64,000 bases of DNA from the human T2T-CHM13v2.0 reference genome, Homo sapiens, in the NCBI RefSeq assembly GCF_009914755.1, contig NC_060933.1; one strand, 5' to 3'. Position numbers and translations under genes: made by a program. Below the pieces are notes generated by a model. The model was not told where the DNA came from, did not search any database, and saw nothing but the letters and a program-made list of their open reading frames with translations. Positions 27,505-41,387 of the stretch are shown in pieces (the first letter of the stretch is position 1; every line of letters starts with the position of its first letter).

Positions 27505-29196
27505 GTTGTTGATATTTAATTTTATTTTGCATATATATTATTTATGAAAACTTTATAAATCTTGTCAAAAAGCATTTCAGGAGAATTGGAAATGGTATCA
27601 CAAGAAAAATTGCCTGGTGTGGATCAACAGGCTTTGTGGTCTGTTTTATAAATGTGCTTTTTTGTTGTTTATTTTATAAATCATGTATGTAGAAAGAGAA
27701 AAAAAAAGAATGATTTATTAAATGTTTATGAGAAACTCTAGTACACCCTGATTTTAAAGTGCAAGGAACAGACAATTAGCTCAGGGATTTGTCATTCAGG
27801 TTATTGATCACAATAGGAGTCTAAATGGGGGGAAAACATGAATTTCTCTTCAAGACAACAGTGTTGAGATGAAATAATCTTAATTTTGAATTCCCTTTTC
27901 TTCTCAAAAGTTTATTATCATCCAGCTTGCAGCACTGAGACCTTTAGCCTTTGACCAAGAAAGATAAGAATTATTGAGGGGGGTTATATTTATCTTCTGT
28001 TAACAGTTTCCAGAGGAAGGAAGACATGTTTTTGTCTCCTTCTTGCTTAAGAATAGGAGTATGTAGTGTTATAGATCTTGTTTGCTATGAAAGAAGAATA
28101 ACTATATCAATTTGATTGAAGGTGTCAGAAATGTTTTGGGAAACAACAGAAGCAGAGTTCTGAGGTGGGAAAGGTTTGACATATAGCCACGACAGTGCTT
28201 GCTTGGTTTGTGTTTTGATTTAATGCACCCACTGGGTTTTTAAGCTTATTATGCCAGAAGAGTGAATTGCGATTTGACTAAAGTGTGTTTTGTGGACATT
28301 TGTCCTTGTTTTACCTCCATGCTCATATAAACAAATAAATGTAAACTTGGGATTTCTGTGAAGGGTCTGGAAGACTTTTCTCCGTGAGTGAGAGTTTTAG
28401 GCATTTTATGTGCTCTCATTTGGATGAAAAGAAGGGGAAGGAGTATTTTAGGTGACAGATTGTTTTAATAAAAGGTATCCCCTACCCATGGAGATTCTCT
28501 GTTGCATGTTTGGCTGCTGCAGCAAGTATTTGCAGTTTAATGGAAATAAATAGCTAAAAATCAGGGCTCACACTCAAGAAAGTCAATGACACCCATAATT
28601 ATCCTTATATTCTTAACTTTTTTCATTTGTTTACATTTTTGCATTTTGATGAGGAACTTCACTTCCAAGTGCCTTAGTTTTCATATCCACATAGTGGGGT
28701 CCATAATGTGCTTTTACAACCCTACCAAGAGGATCAATGAGGTTCGTGTACATGAAGGGGCTTAATAAATAGTATGTGATTTGAGCTTTCTGGATGAAAA
28801 GTACTACGTGAGTACAAAGTAGAGCAGCCTCCCATAGGTAATGCCTTTGCCTGGATAACTCTGATTATAGGCTTTATCTCTGCAAAGCAGAGATTTTTCT
28901 TCTTGATTCCTTCCTGAGCTAAGGTGCCTATTTCCTCAGTACCTTTTCCTTTTGAGCTCGCATACACCAATCAAGAAACACACTTGCAAAAAGATTTGTT
29001 TACTTAAGTGCACACATGGTCAATCACATAAATGGAAATATGAAAAAAACCCAAAACAGTGTGAAAGGAACGTTCATAACACATCAAGCCCCCAGATGGC
29101 TCTCAGAAACTCTGACATCTCAGGTGGACCCACATTTTAGAATATGTATTTTCAAATAAAAAGAATGTATCCCAGGTACCTTAAATAAAATACAGA

Positions 29197-29303
29197 ATAT
29201 GAGCTGTTTTCATTGTGTGTGTTTGTTGGTACGTTTATATAAAAAAAGAGACAGGTAAGTACCACCCAGAAATGAGTGACAATAGCACTTCAGGGTTTTT
29301 GTT
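29197..29303 (+). repeat. Dispersed ~105-bp direct repeat, copy 2
   Basis: atatgagctgttttcattgtgtg...gtaccacccagaaatgagtgacaatagcacttcagggtttttgtt. Confidence 0.95.
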
Positions 29304-32149
29304 ATTTAAATTTGACTGCCTTATATACCTCTTTGTTGTATAGCTTTAGATGAAAGTGATAACAAGAAATAATTTTATACCACACTTTAAACTGTTTACA
29401 AAACATTTTCACAAAGATTATTTAATTTGTTTCTCACAACAATCTTATGAAGCAGGAAAAACCTCGGAAAGGTTGTGTAACTTGTCAAAAAATATCCTAC
29501 TGTTAAGTGGCAGTATGTAGTTTAGAGCAAACATCCTCAGTGGTTTTCCACATTTCCAGAGATGGCAAGCGAGTTTACTCACACATTCCATATCTGATCA
29601 GTGAGTGGCAGCTGCCTACAGTGCTGTGCTCAGGATGTTTAATCTATATCCAGTATCTGAGGGAAAAGGTGCAGGAATTGATTAGTGATAGCCACTCTGT
29701 ATTTGGGCAGAGATGGGGTCATGAGTAATACATATCTTCCAATTCCCAAATGTACACCATAATGTGTGTTTTTAAAGTGTTTTGAATAATGTGTTTGCCT
29801 CTGTAGTATTCAAGTAAAATAGGTATCTCTGAACAATTTGTACCAGGAGTGAGTAGTGGATCTGCTAATTAGCTATGATATGCAAAACATAGTCACTTGT
29901 TCTGGAAGAATTTCGTGGAACTACTCCTTTATCTTGATTTCTGATTTGGAAAGTTGGCAGATGATTATCATATGACTATACATGTCTTTGATCCTTTTGT
30001 CAGTCTCTTGTATTTATTTATTTACTTATCACAAAAACTCTTCCACCTTTAAAAACTTATGCTGGATTTTTCATTTAAAACTCCTTTAAAAACTTTAAAA
30101 ACTTTCATGTAAAACTCCTTTAAAAACTCATGCTGGTTTTCATGCTGGGTGTCTGGGTTAGGTGAACTCCATTTAAAATAGTTGATGTGAGTATAAAATC
30201 AAAATATAGAGGCAGTGAGTAACAAACTTCTTTCTAAAAACTTATTGGTAAAATGAAGGAGAAAGAAAGAGAGATAACATGCAATAGAAGTAATGTGGCA
30301 GAGAATCTTCTGAGTTTCCAGATATTCTATCAGGGAGGTGACAGTCTGTTCTTAATATTGGTAGACAGCATTGATTGCTGGATAAATTATTTTGGAAGAG
30401 CATTAATATTATGATAAATAATTTAATTCTGTCAACCACAGGAAGTATCCTATCTTAAGAGACATATCAGAAGATAGGTCTTTTTTGCTTTTAGGAAAAT
30501 AATATGACTCATACAGTTAAAATGATTTCTGATCCTGACTATATCTGGGTGCATGACCATACTGATATTTTCCCATCAGTTTGCAGACAATTGGCCCACT
30601 TTGGTGATGAGTCATTCAGTTCCATTTCCAATCTTGGCATTGAAAAATACATAGATATTTCTAGTATAAAAGAAGATATTTCCATACTCTTGCCTGAAAA
30701 TTAGGTTTAGAGCTATATGATCTGTTATTTTGTTACTTTCATCAGAAGGTTTTTTGCAATGATATTTTAATAAAAATTGCTCTATTACATTTTTACAGTT
30801 GGGAAGAACCTTTAAAGCATGAAGTAGAATCCATCACTGTATGGTTGGCTTCCAAATTTGTATCTCCTGCCCAGACACTTCCTTTAAGTCCCAAGCATAT
30901 ATCTTAATACAGAAGGAAATTTGGAGTAGAGAAAGCCAGAAAGATGGATATCATCTCTGACACTTTCTTCTCCTTGACACCCTATAACCAACCATCACCC
31001 ACATTTTATGATGTTCCTTCCTTAATGTTTCTAAAATCTCACCATATCACTTGGGCTGCAGAGTTAATTTCCTTAGGTTTACTAAGTTTAGACCAAGCTA
31101 CTGATCTCTCCTGGACTTTTAGTTTTGTTCTGATTTTCCAACAAGTATCGTTGCCCCTTTCCTATTCATTCTACAGAATAAGCTTTGCAAATGAAGCTGG
31201 TGTGGATTCTTTGCCACAACACTTGAGTATAAGAACACCTTTATTTCTATGAACAAATTGACTCTGCCACAAGACCCAGCAACTTTGGGTATGGGAAATT
31301 CAGTCTCAGTGGAGTTAGGTTAGGAAAGCCAGAGTCAGACTGTCAGAGCTCAAATACTGACTTTACAAGCTATGGGTTATCAAGCAAATTACTTATTTCT
31401 TAAAATAGTCTTAATTTACTGGTACTTGTAAGTATCAATTAAGATCATTCCAATAAAGCTTTTACTGCAGTGCTGGGCATGATGTAGTGAAGACCATTCT
31501 CAGGGCTGCATGGGCAGCCCTCACTGTCTGCTCCCAACCCTATAGCATTCATGCTTGGTCACACCTACAGGAACTCTGACATTGGTTCTCCAGCTCAAGG
31601 TTCATATAGTCCACCTTCCATAGGCATCCTACTCTGAACGATTGAGACCTGGGATTCTACTACGCAGTGCACCCCTTCCCACCCCTGAGCTCTACCTCTA
31701 ACCTCATCCCTTCTCTTAGTCTCGGGTATGCCTGCCTTCGTGGATTGGATCAGACTGCATCTGCCTCTTCATGGCAAGAATTTCCCTCCTCCTCTCCTTT
31801 TCTGGAATAAGCCAGTCTAATACCACATAAATGACCTGCTTGGGTGAATGTTGGAGGGTAGGGGATCAGAAGAGGGGTGGAATAGTGGGGAATTGGGAAG
31901 GGGAAAGGAGGTGGAGATAAAATGACTACTTACCCCTTTGGATGAACAATCTTGGCCGTCCTTTCCTTGTATCAGGATGGGAAGAAATAAGCTATGTTTT
32001 ATTTTTTCTTTAAAAACAGCTCATTTTAACACAAACTCAACTCTCACGTCACCTACTTTTATTAGGCATCTTTTACAGCTCAGTTCCATCTAGGCACAGA
32101 ATCTCTGCGTCTACCATCTCCATGTTCTTTTTTCTTCCTTTGCCTCATT

Positions 32150-32440
32150 GACTTCCGCTAGTCCTTCATATCTCAAGTCAAACTGACTCAGATAATCCTT
32201 CTCTGATGCACCAGGTGATGAAAAATCCACCTGTTATATATTTTATATTTCTGTGTGTTTCTCCACCCACCCATTGTAGTTTGAAGTGATCTTTTAAATG
32301 TATATGTAATATCTGTCTCCCACCAGACTGAAAGCTCTAGGAGGGTAGGAACCATATCTGTAAGGACAGAAATTCTTGACATCAACAGCATGCTTGGCAT
32401 AAAGTAACTTAATACATATTTTTTGGCTAACTGAATAGGT
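32150..32440 (+). mobile_element. L2 3' end remnant
   Basis: tgtctccccaccagactgaaagctctaggagggtagg...gcttggcataaagtaacttaatacatattt. Confidence 0.65.
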
Positions 32441-35400
32441 AATTTTTCATGAGCACTAAGAATTCATATTGTCTGTAGTACCCTACTGCCCTTTAGAACT
32501 TATTTTTACTTTTAAGGATTTTATATCTGCAAAGGACAGCAAATATGCAGTAATCTATTCTTAATTATGTTATAGCTACAGAACAATTTCATATTTGCAT
32601 TTTCCAGTTGCCTTCATTGATCAAAATTAGAAATTAATTATTACTACTTTCTGTTTTCTGCATTGTTTATTACAAATTACTGGTATTTATAATTAATCTT
32701 TTGATAAAGCATTATAAGTTTACATATTGATTCATATGCACACACACACAAAGATGAAAACTTCCTTTTTTAGGATGATATTAACTATGGATTATCTCAA
32801 TCTTTCTTCTCTTCTTTTTCTTCTCTCTCTACCGTTTCTCTCTCCCTGTCTCTCCCTTTCCATGTTCCTCCCCACTCCTTGGCACACAAACATATACCCC
32901 TTGATCTGAACCTGTAACCATAAGAAATGATGGGAGAAGCCATCCATAGGTGAACTGTTGAGCTTCAAGTTAAGATACGTGTGATATTAAAATGTTCTCT
33001 TTGAACTTACAGCTCTCCATTGTAATTTTAAAATTTGCTTTATCATTTTAAAGGACTAATTTTATTTGGCAGTCCTTCCAAGATCCTGCTCTTAAAATCA
33101 CTTTGGAAATTAACAAATGCATTTGGTTTTCAAATCTGCTCAGCTGGGCACCTTCAGCTCCAAATTGCTCTGAATTTGCTTCCCTCATCCTCTTCTTGCC
33201 ACCCTACTTAACTCAGAGAAAAAATGAATTTCCAGCAGAGTAGAAAGAGACCAGTTCAGAGATCTCTGCTCTTCTCTTTGAGGGTGAATTTCATTAGACA
33301 AATTTGGCAGGAATATTATCAGTCAATTAATAATTAATAAAATGTGAACTGAAGTCAAATTAATCTTCAGAGTACTGGAAAATCAGTTGCACTTCTGCTA
33401 ATAAGGACTCAGTGTGCATGGAAATCTTACTGGAGACTGAGTACATCTCTACATTGTATAGTTAACCTGATTTTTTCCAGCCCAGTTTACTTATTGGCAT
33501 TAGTATAATCCACACAGGGAAGTCACAATAACCATGATAAAGTGATGTTAGAGATAATTACCATCCTCTTTAGTTTCTCAAATATTCAGAAGGTTCTTCA
33601 GCCCTCTTGTAGGCTGCTGAACTTTAATGTTAGGATGAAGATGTGCAGGTGCTTTTTTTGTAAATTTTGATTTTATTGTCTTAAGTACAGAAATAACAGA
33701 GACATTAGAGAATGGCAGAAAACAAGGAAAAAACTTATATTATAACATCGCTCTAACACATCCGGTATCATTTTGATGTGGACCCTTCTTAGGTTTTTCT
33801 TCCTGTGTATTTTTACACAGTGGTAATCACAATATTACATATTTATTTCCCCTTGATATTTCAGAAATTCTTCCACATTACAACTGAGAATTTTTAAAGT
33901 ACCAAATTAGATTATCTAACAAATAGATGTGGCATAATTTGCCTAAACATGTCCTGTTGTTGGATATCTTGGCTGCTTGCAACCCCTTCAATATTCTAAA
34001 TAACATTGTAATAACTAATTTTGTGCAAGTATTTTGCTTTATTTTCCTAAAAGAGATTGACAAAGTGGTATTATCACTGCTTGGCTTTTGAATGGTTGAG
34101 ATTAATAACATTCCTCTTCTACATGAAGTGTCATGGCATCCCAGAAGGAGAGAATTGTGAGTTTCTGTGATAATTCTATAGAAGCTTCATTCATTTGGAT
34201 AGTTTCAAATGCCCTTTAAGCAATCTTTTGTATTTCACCTTTCTTGGAACCTGCTGAATTATCTTCATCTGTAGAAAGAGAAACAACAGCAGCAGCAACT
34301 ACACACTGAGTACTTATGCCAATACACTAAGCCCTTCATTTACATTATGTTAGGTGTTCTTACAAAAAATTACCTGAATAGGTATTATTATTACACCTAC
34401 TTTACAGGTGAAGAAAGGAAAATTCAAGATGGCTAGGTAACTTTCTAATGTCATACCAGGTAAATGCTCCTGAACTGGGATCAAACCCTAGTCTGGTAAT
34501 ACACTTCACTGATCACGCATGTAATGGACATACTTTTTCACAATATTGATAACAAGTATGAAAGCTTCATGCTCTTTACATTTCAAGTGCTAATCCCACT
34601 GTTTGTTGAAGTTAGTAAGTGCTATTTCATCAGGTGAGTAAGAACTCTGGAGATACAGTAATCTTAACAAGGAATATTGGATGTAATTAAGTAATAGATT
34701 ATATTTTTCTCGGTATCTGCGTGGCTACATTGAAAAATGTGTCATAAAAAGACCATGTCTTTTGCATTCATTGCTACATTACTAATTTCAAGCACAGTAT
34801 TAACACAGACTGGATATTTATTGTGTGTTGAATGAGTAAATACTCAACTCTAAATGCTAACTAATTCTTTCCAAGCAATTTATTCACTCCTAGCATCTGA
34901 TCTGTTTACTGTGCCTTGACCAAGTAAATTTCTCAGAGTCCTTTTTTTATCCAATAACTCCATTACAGTACTTGTAAGTTTCTCAGAGTCCTTGTTTATC
35001 TGTTAAATCTCTTTCGTCATATTAAATTAAAATACCTTATTGCAGATTGCAAAATATGTCACTTAGAAAAACAAAACAAAGCTAATAGTAAAACAAAAAA
35101 GTTACCAGTCCTAGAGCCTATACATGTACTTGCAAATATGAAAAAAAGCTTAAAAATTTAAAATCCTGTAGAATCAAAATGAAAATGTAAATTAATATAT
35201 AAAGTATAACAGCGCTGTATAGTCAAATGCAATTCCACTCAACTCTTAAAATATTATAGATACATTTTATTGTGGTAAGTAGGTGTATTTTTTTGTTGTT
35301 GTTGTTGTTTCAAATGATGTGGGGTGATGCCTTCAATATTAAGAGTTCCCAGGACTGCCAAAGTCATACACTACATATCACTGCCGCTTGGTTTGAATAA

Positions 35401-37694
35401 AAACTCATTAGTCCTACACTCATTCCTCTGGCTGTTGAAGGCCTGATTCTAGTAAGTCTGTCTTGCTGCTGCTGGTTGAAGATTAGTGGTTGGTGAGCCT
35501 AAAGGAAAAATACGGGCCTACACTTCCAGTTAAATCCTACTTATAAACTAGTACAGACTTTTCCTTTTTTTCTCTTATTTGAGCAAATATGTACCTGCAT
35601 CTAAGTTTCCTGAAACTATTTTCTGCTTAGAGACTATCCTTTAGACATTGTATTAGACACCTCATGTGCACCATTTCTCATAATCTCACTCTTACCTCTT
35701 ACTTCAGTTATTGTAGCAACCAATATCAGGCAGACTTCTCCAGCTTCACACAGTTCACCAAGAAGCACCTCTCTTGCTTTCTGTTTGGGGCTTCTTTGAT
35801 GCTATATAGGACACCTGCTGGAAATTTCCTGGTACTGAAACATGTACAAACCACATGTTGGGGGGTCTGGGCCAATCAGGAAGAGGAGCTTGTAGACAAA
35901 TGCTTCTCGTTTCTTACCCTGCACAGATGGTTTGAACACATATTTCATAAAGCTCCTCAAAAGGCCCTTTAGGACCAAACGACCCAACTCAGTAATTCAT
36001 CTTTGTATTGGCTTTCCTCCCTTCCATTTATCTGCCACTCATTTCTGCTCTTTCAAATCACATTCCCAAAATAACTTCTCACATATTAGCATTTGTTTCA
36101 GACTTTGCTTTTAGCAAAACTCAGGATAAGACAGTCATGTCTGTACTATGTGTAACTATTAAGACTTTTCCAAGAAACATTTGATGAGTTAAGTTTAAGG
36201 TGACTGGAAAAGTCATTTGGGTCATGCATCTTTGTTGATATTCCACTTCCCCACAACTGTTCAGCTTGTTAAAACAATTTGCCTACTGTCTGAGAAAATT
36301 ACAGAATAATCCCTTATTTCTCAACCAAACTTAACTCTCAAACTATAGAAATGTTAAATCTACCTCCTGAATTAATATATTATTAATCTTGATCGAAAAA
36401 GAAATATGTTCGCTATTTAATAATACCACTGATATTTTGATGCTTTTGCTTCCAAGTAGTATTTGGTACTGCTTTTTCTGGTTTGATGAAGTTTCAGATT
36501 GATAGGAATTTTACATGTGAAGACAGACTAGCTACAGTTCATTGTGTCATTCTCTCAAATACAATATTCTTCTGGTTCCTTGATGACACATTTTTTCAAT
36601 CTGGATATTTAGAAACTCCTTATTCTGATATCATGTTGATGCCCATCCTTAGCTTTTGGAAAAGTTTGCTGTATTGGTGGAAATGTTAGCCTATCTGGGT
36701 CCAGAGTTCATAGACAGCCTTGAGTCAGCTCTGCTTGTGGGCTTGTTCCTGGTTCTCCAGCTGTCTGTCTGATTGATTTGATCTCTGCTTATTGTCTGCC
36801 ATCAGAGTCACCAGATAATAAACTCTATTCAACTGCAGGGCTATCTCCCTGTCACCTACTTCTGGACATCTGGAATACTTGACACCTGTCTGCCTCAGCT
36901 TCCCCCCATTCCCACACTATTCTTCCTTTAGTTTGTTACTAGCCTTTCCTAACAGCCTCTCCTCTGTCCTGTCTGCCCTGGTGGGGGCATCCTACCATCT
37001 GTGTCAGGTCTTCTTGAGACTGGTCATTTGTGTTGTTGACAAAATCCTGGTTCTGAAACAAAGAGTACTACTATATAGTTGAAATATGTGAGAAGCAGAA
37101 GGCTATGGGTAAATAATAATTAAGCAATATTTTACATAAAGACTACCCCACCCAATTTTTTCATTTATATTCTGTACAGAAATCTTTGGTTTCAGGAAAA
37201 TGTAGTCAGAATGAAAATAAATTATGTATCTTGTTTGGGAATAGGTATGGTGCTTCATTACCAAAATACCTAACTTACAAATGGGAGATAATTTTACAGA
37301 TTTAAAAATGGGAACATATTTCTTTCAAAAACATTTTCTATTTTGGCTTGAACTTTAAGAAATCGCCTTCAATGATTGGTTTTCCTTTCTATGGCTACTC
37401 TTGATCTCAGCATTGGTTTCTCTCTCTCCTAATAGAAGATGCTTCCTCCCATGCTCCATATCCAACTAGCTAGTTACTGATGTTGGCTGTGGCATTTTTT
37501 TTTCTTTTATTTTTCTGAAATTGGAGACTCTGGTTGTGACTCAGGCCTGTCGTCCTATAAATATGTACTGTGGATCTCAGTGGGAACCAGAGACTAGAGA
37601 GTAGGACTGCATTGACATAGAATCCTTGTGTGACTAGCACTTCTGATAGAACATCATTAACACCATCTCTGTATGAAGAAAAGGTCTTAATTCC

Positions 37695-37780
37695 TTTTTA
37701 AAAAATTTTATTTTGAAATTGACAGATTAAAATTGTATGTATTTATGATGTACAACATGATGTTTTGATATACATATGCT
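37695..37780 (-). mobile_element. Short L1MA 3' terminal fragment
   Basis: aaattgacagattaaaattgtatgtatttatgatgtacaacatgatgttttga. Confidence 0.7.
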
Positions 37781-39447
37781 TTAATTATTCTTAATTAAAC
37801 CACCCCCCTGGGTGGTTCTTCTTCATTTGTTGTACTTTCTCATCCACTGATGGCAGATTTATCAATTGGATGATATGTTTGTGGGAGAGGAATATTTTTT
37901 GTTCTTATTCTTATTTGGTGTTTTGCTTTATCTGATAAGAAGTAACAATTTTCCACTTGAAGATATACACACATCTTCCTCATTCCTAGTGCGTATATGG
38001 AGGAAGAAAGCTCAGCTGTGACAATGCAGAACATATGGTAAGTTGCTTGTAGAACCCTTTCTGCTACATAGCAATCTTTGGTACGCTGTTGAGAAAAAGC
38101 CTAATTTGCGACTCCAAGCAGCTATACTTTTGCTTCGTTTTGTATTTTTGAGCATTGCGATGGAAATGAGGCCAAATAAGGTGAAGCAGAAAAATTATGC
38201 CTTTTAATCAAAATTTTCTAAAACTATGGTTGCCCTTACTTTCTGGTGTCTGAGTGGTTAGGGGGTTTTCTATTATCCAAACATTAATTACTCAACCTGA
38301 AATTATTTAGACTTAAAGGAGAAGTTATACTCGTCTGTAATTATGGCTGTTTGATCAATGATTCTGACATTTTTACATGTTCACTATTGTGAACAAGAAA
38401 ATCAATTTTTAAGATTTGCTGTTTAATAAATTACAAAATTAAAAATTAATCTGATTGAATATTGCATATCTATAATAAAGAAAATTTTAGATGCCATTTT
38501 ATCCAGTAAGGGACAGTTGTTCCTTTCCCAAGTCTTGCCACACACAGTGAGTACCAGATTTAATATTTTGATAACACTTTGATAATGTCTTGGGATAAAA
38601 AGTTAAAAATGTTGTCAAGTATTTCCACATAACCTCATTCAGCTAATGGGGTTGAAAAACCAGTCCATCTCTAATAAATGGATATTGCCAATTAAAAAGA
38701 TTTCCCCAAAGGGCTCTAGGTTTCATGAAACTTTCATTGGCAAGTTATATATTAAGCAGTGAATCCTAATTTTCAAATATAGTATTTGAATTATAATGTT
38801 TACATATGGAATATTTTATAATTTATAAAGAGTCTATTTAGTAAATAGTGTTTAGGCTGAGATTTAGAACAAACTACCCTCTAATTCTTTTTTTCCATAG
38901 GTTATTGGGGGTACAGGTGGTATTTGGTTGCATGAGTAAGTTCTTTAGTGGTGATTTGTGAGACTTTGGTGCACCCATCATCAAAGCAGTATACACTGCA
39001 CCATATTTGTAGTCTTTTTTGTCTCTCGCCCCCTCCTACCCATCCCCCCAAGTCCCCAAAGTCTATTGTATCATTCTTACACCTTTGAGTCCTCACAGCT
39101 TAGTTCCCACATATCAGTGAGAACATAAGATGTTTGTTTTTCCATTCATGAGTTACTTCACTTAGCATAATAGTCTTCAATCTCATCCAGGCCCCTGTGA
39201 ATGTCATTAATTCATTCCTTTTTATGGCTGAGTAGTATTCCATCATATATATATGTGTGTGTGTCTATACATACATATATATATCTCTCTATATATCTAT
39301 CTATGTATATCTCTCTATATATATATATCTAGATATATATATGTGTGTGCTTTAAAAACAGAAGTAGTGACAACATTTAGAATAGATAGGGTCAAAATGA
39401 TAATTGCAATAATGATTGTGTGTATATATATATACCACAGTTTCTTT

Positions 39448-41387
<1,940 letters not shown>

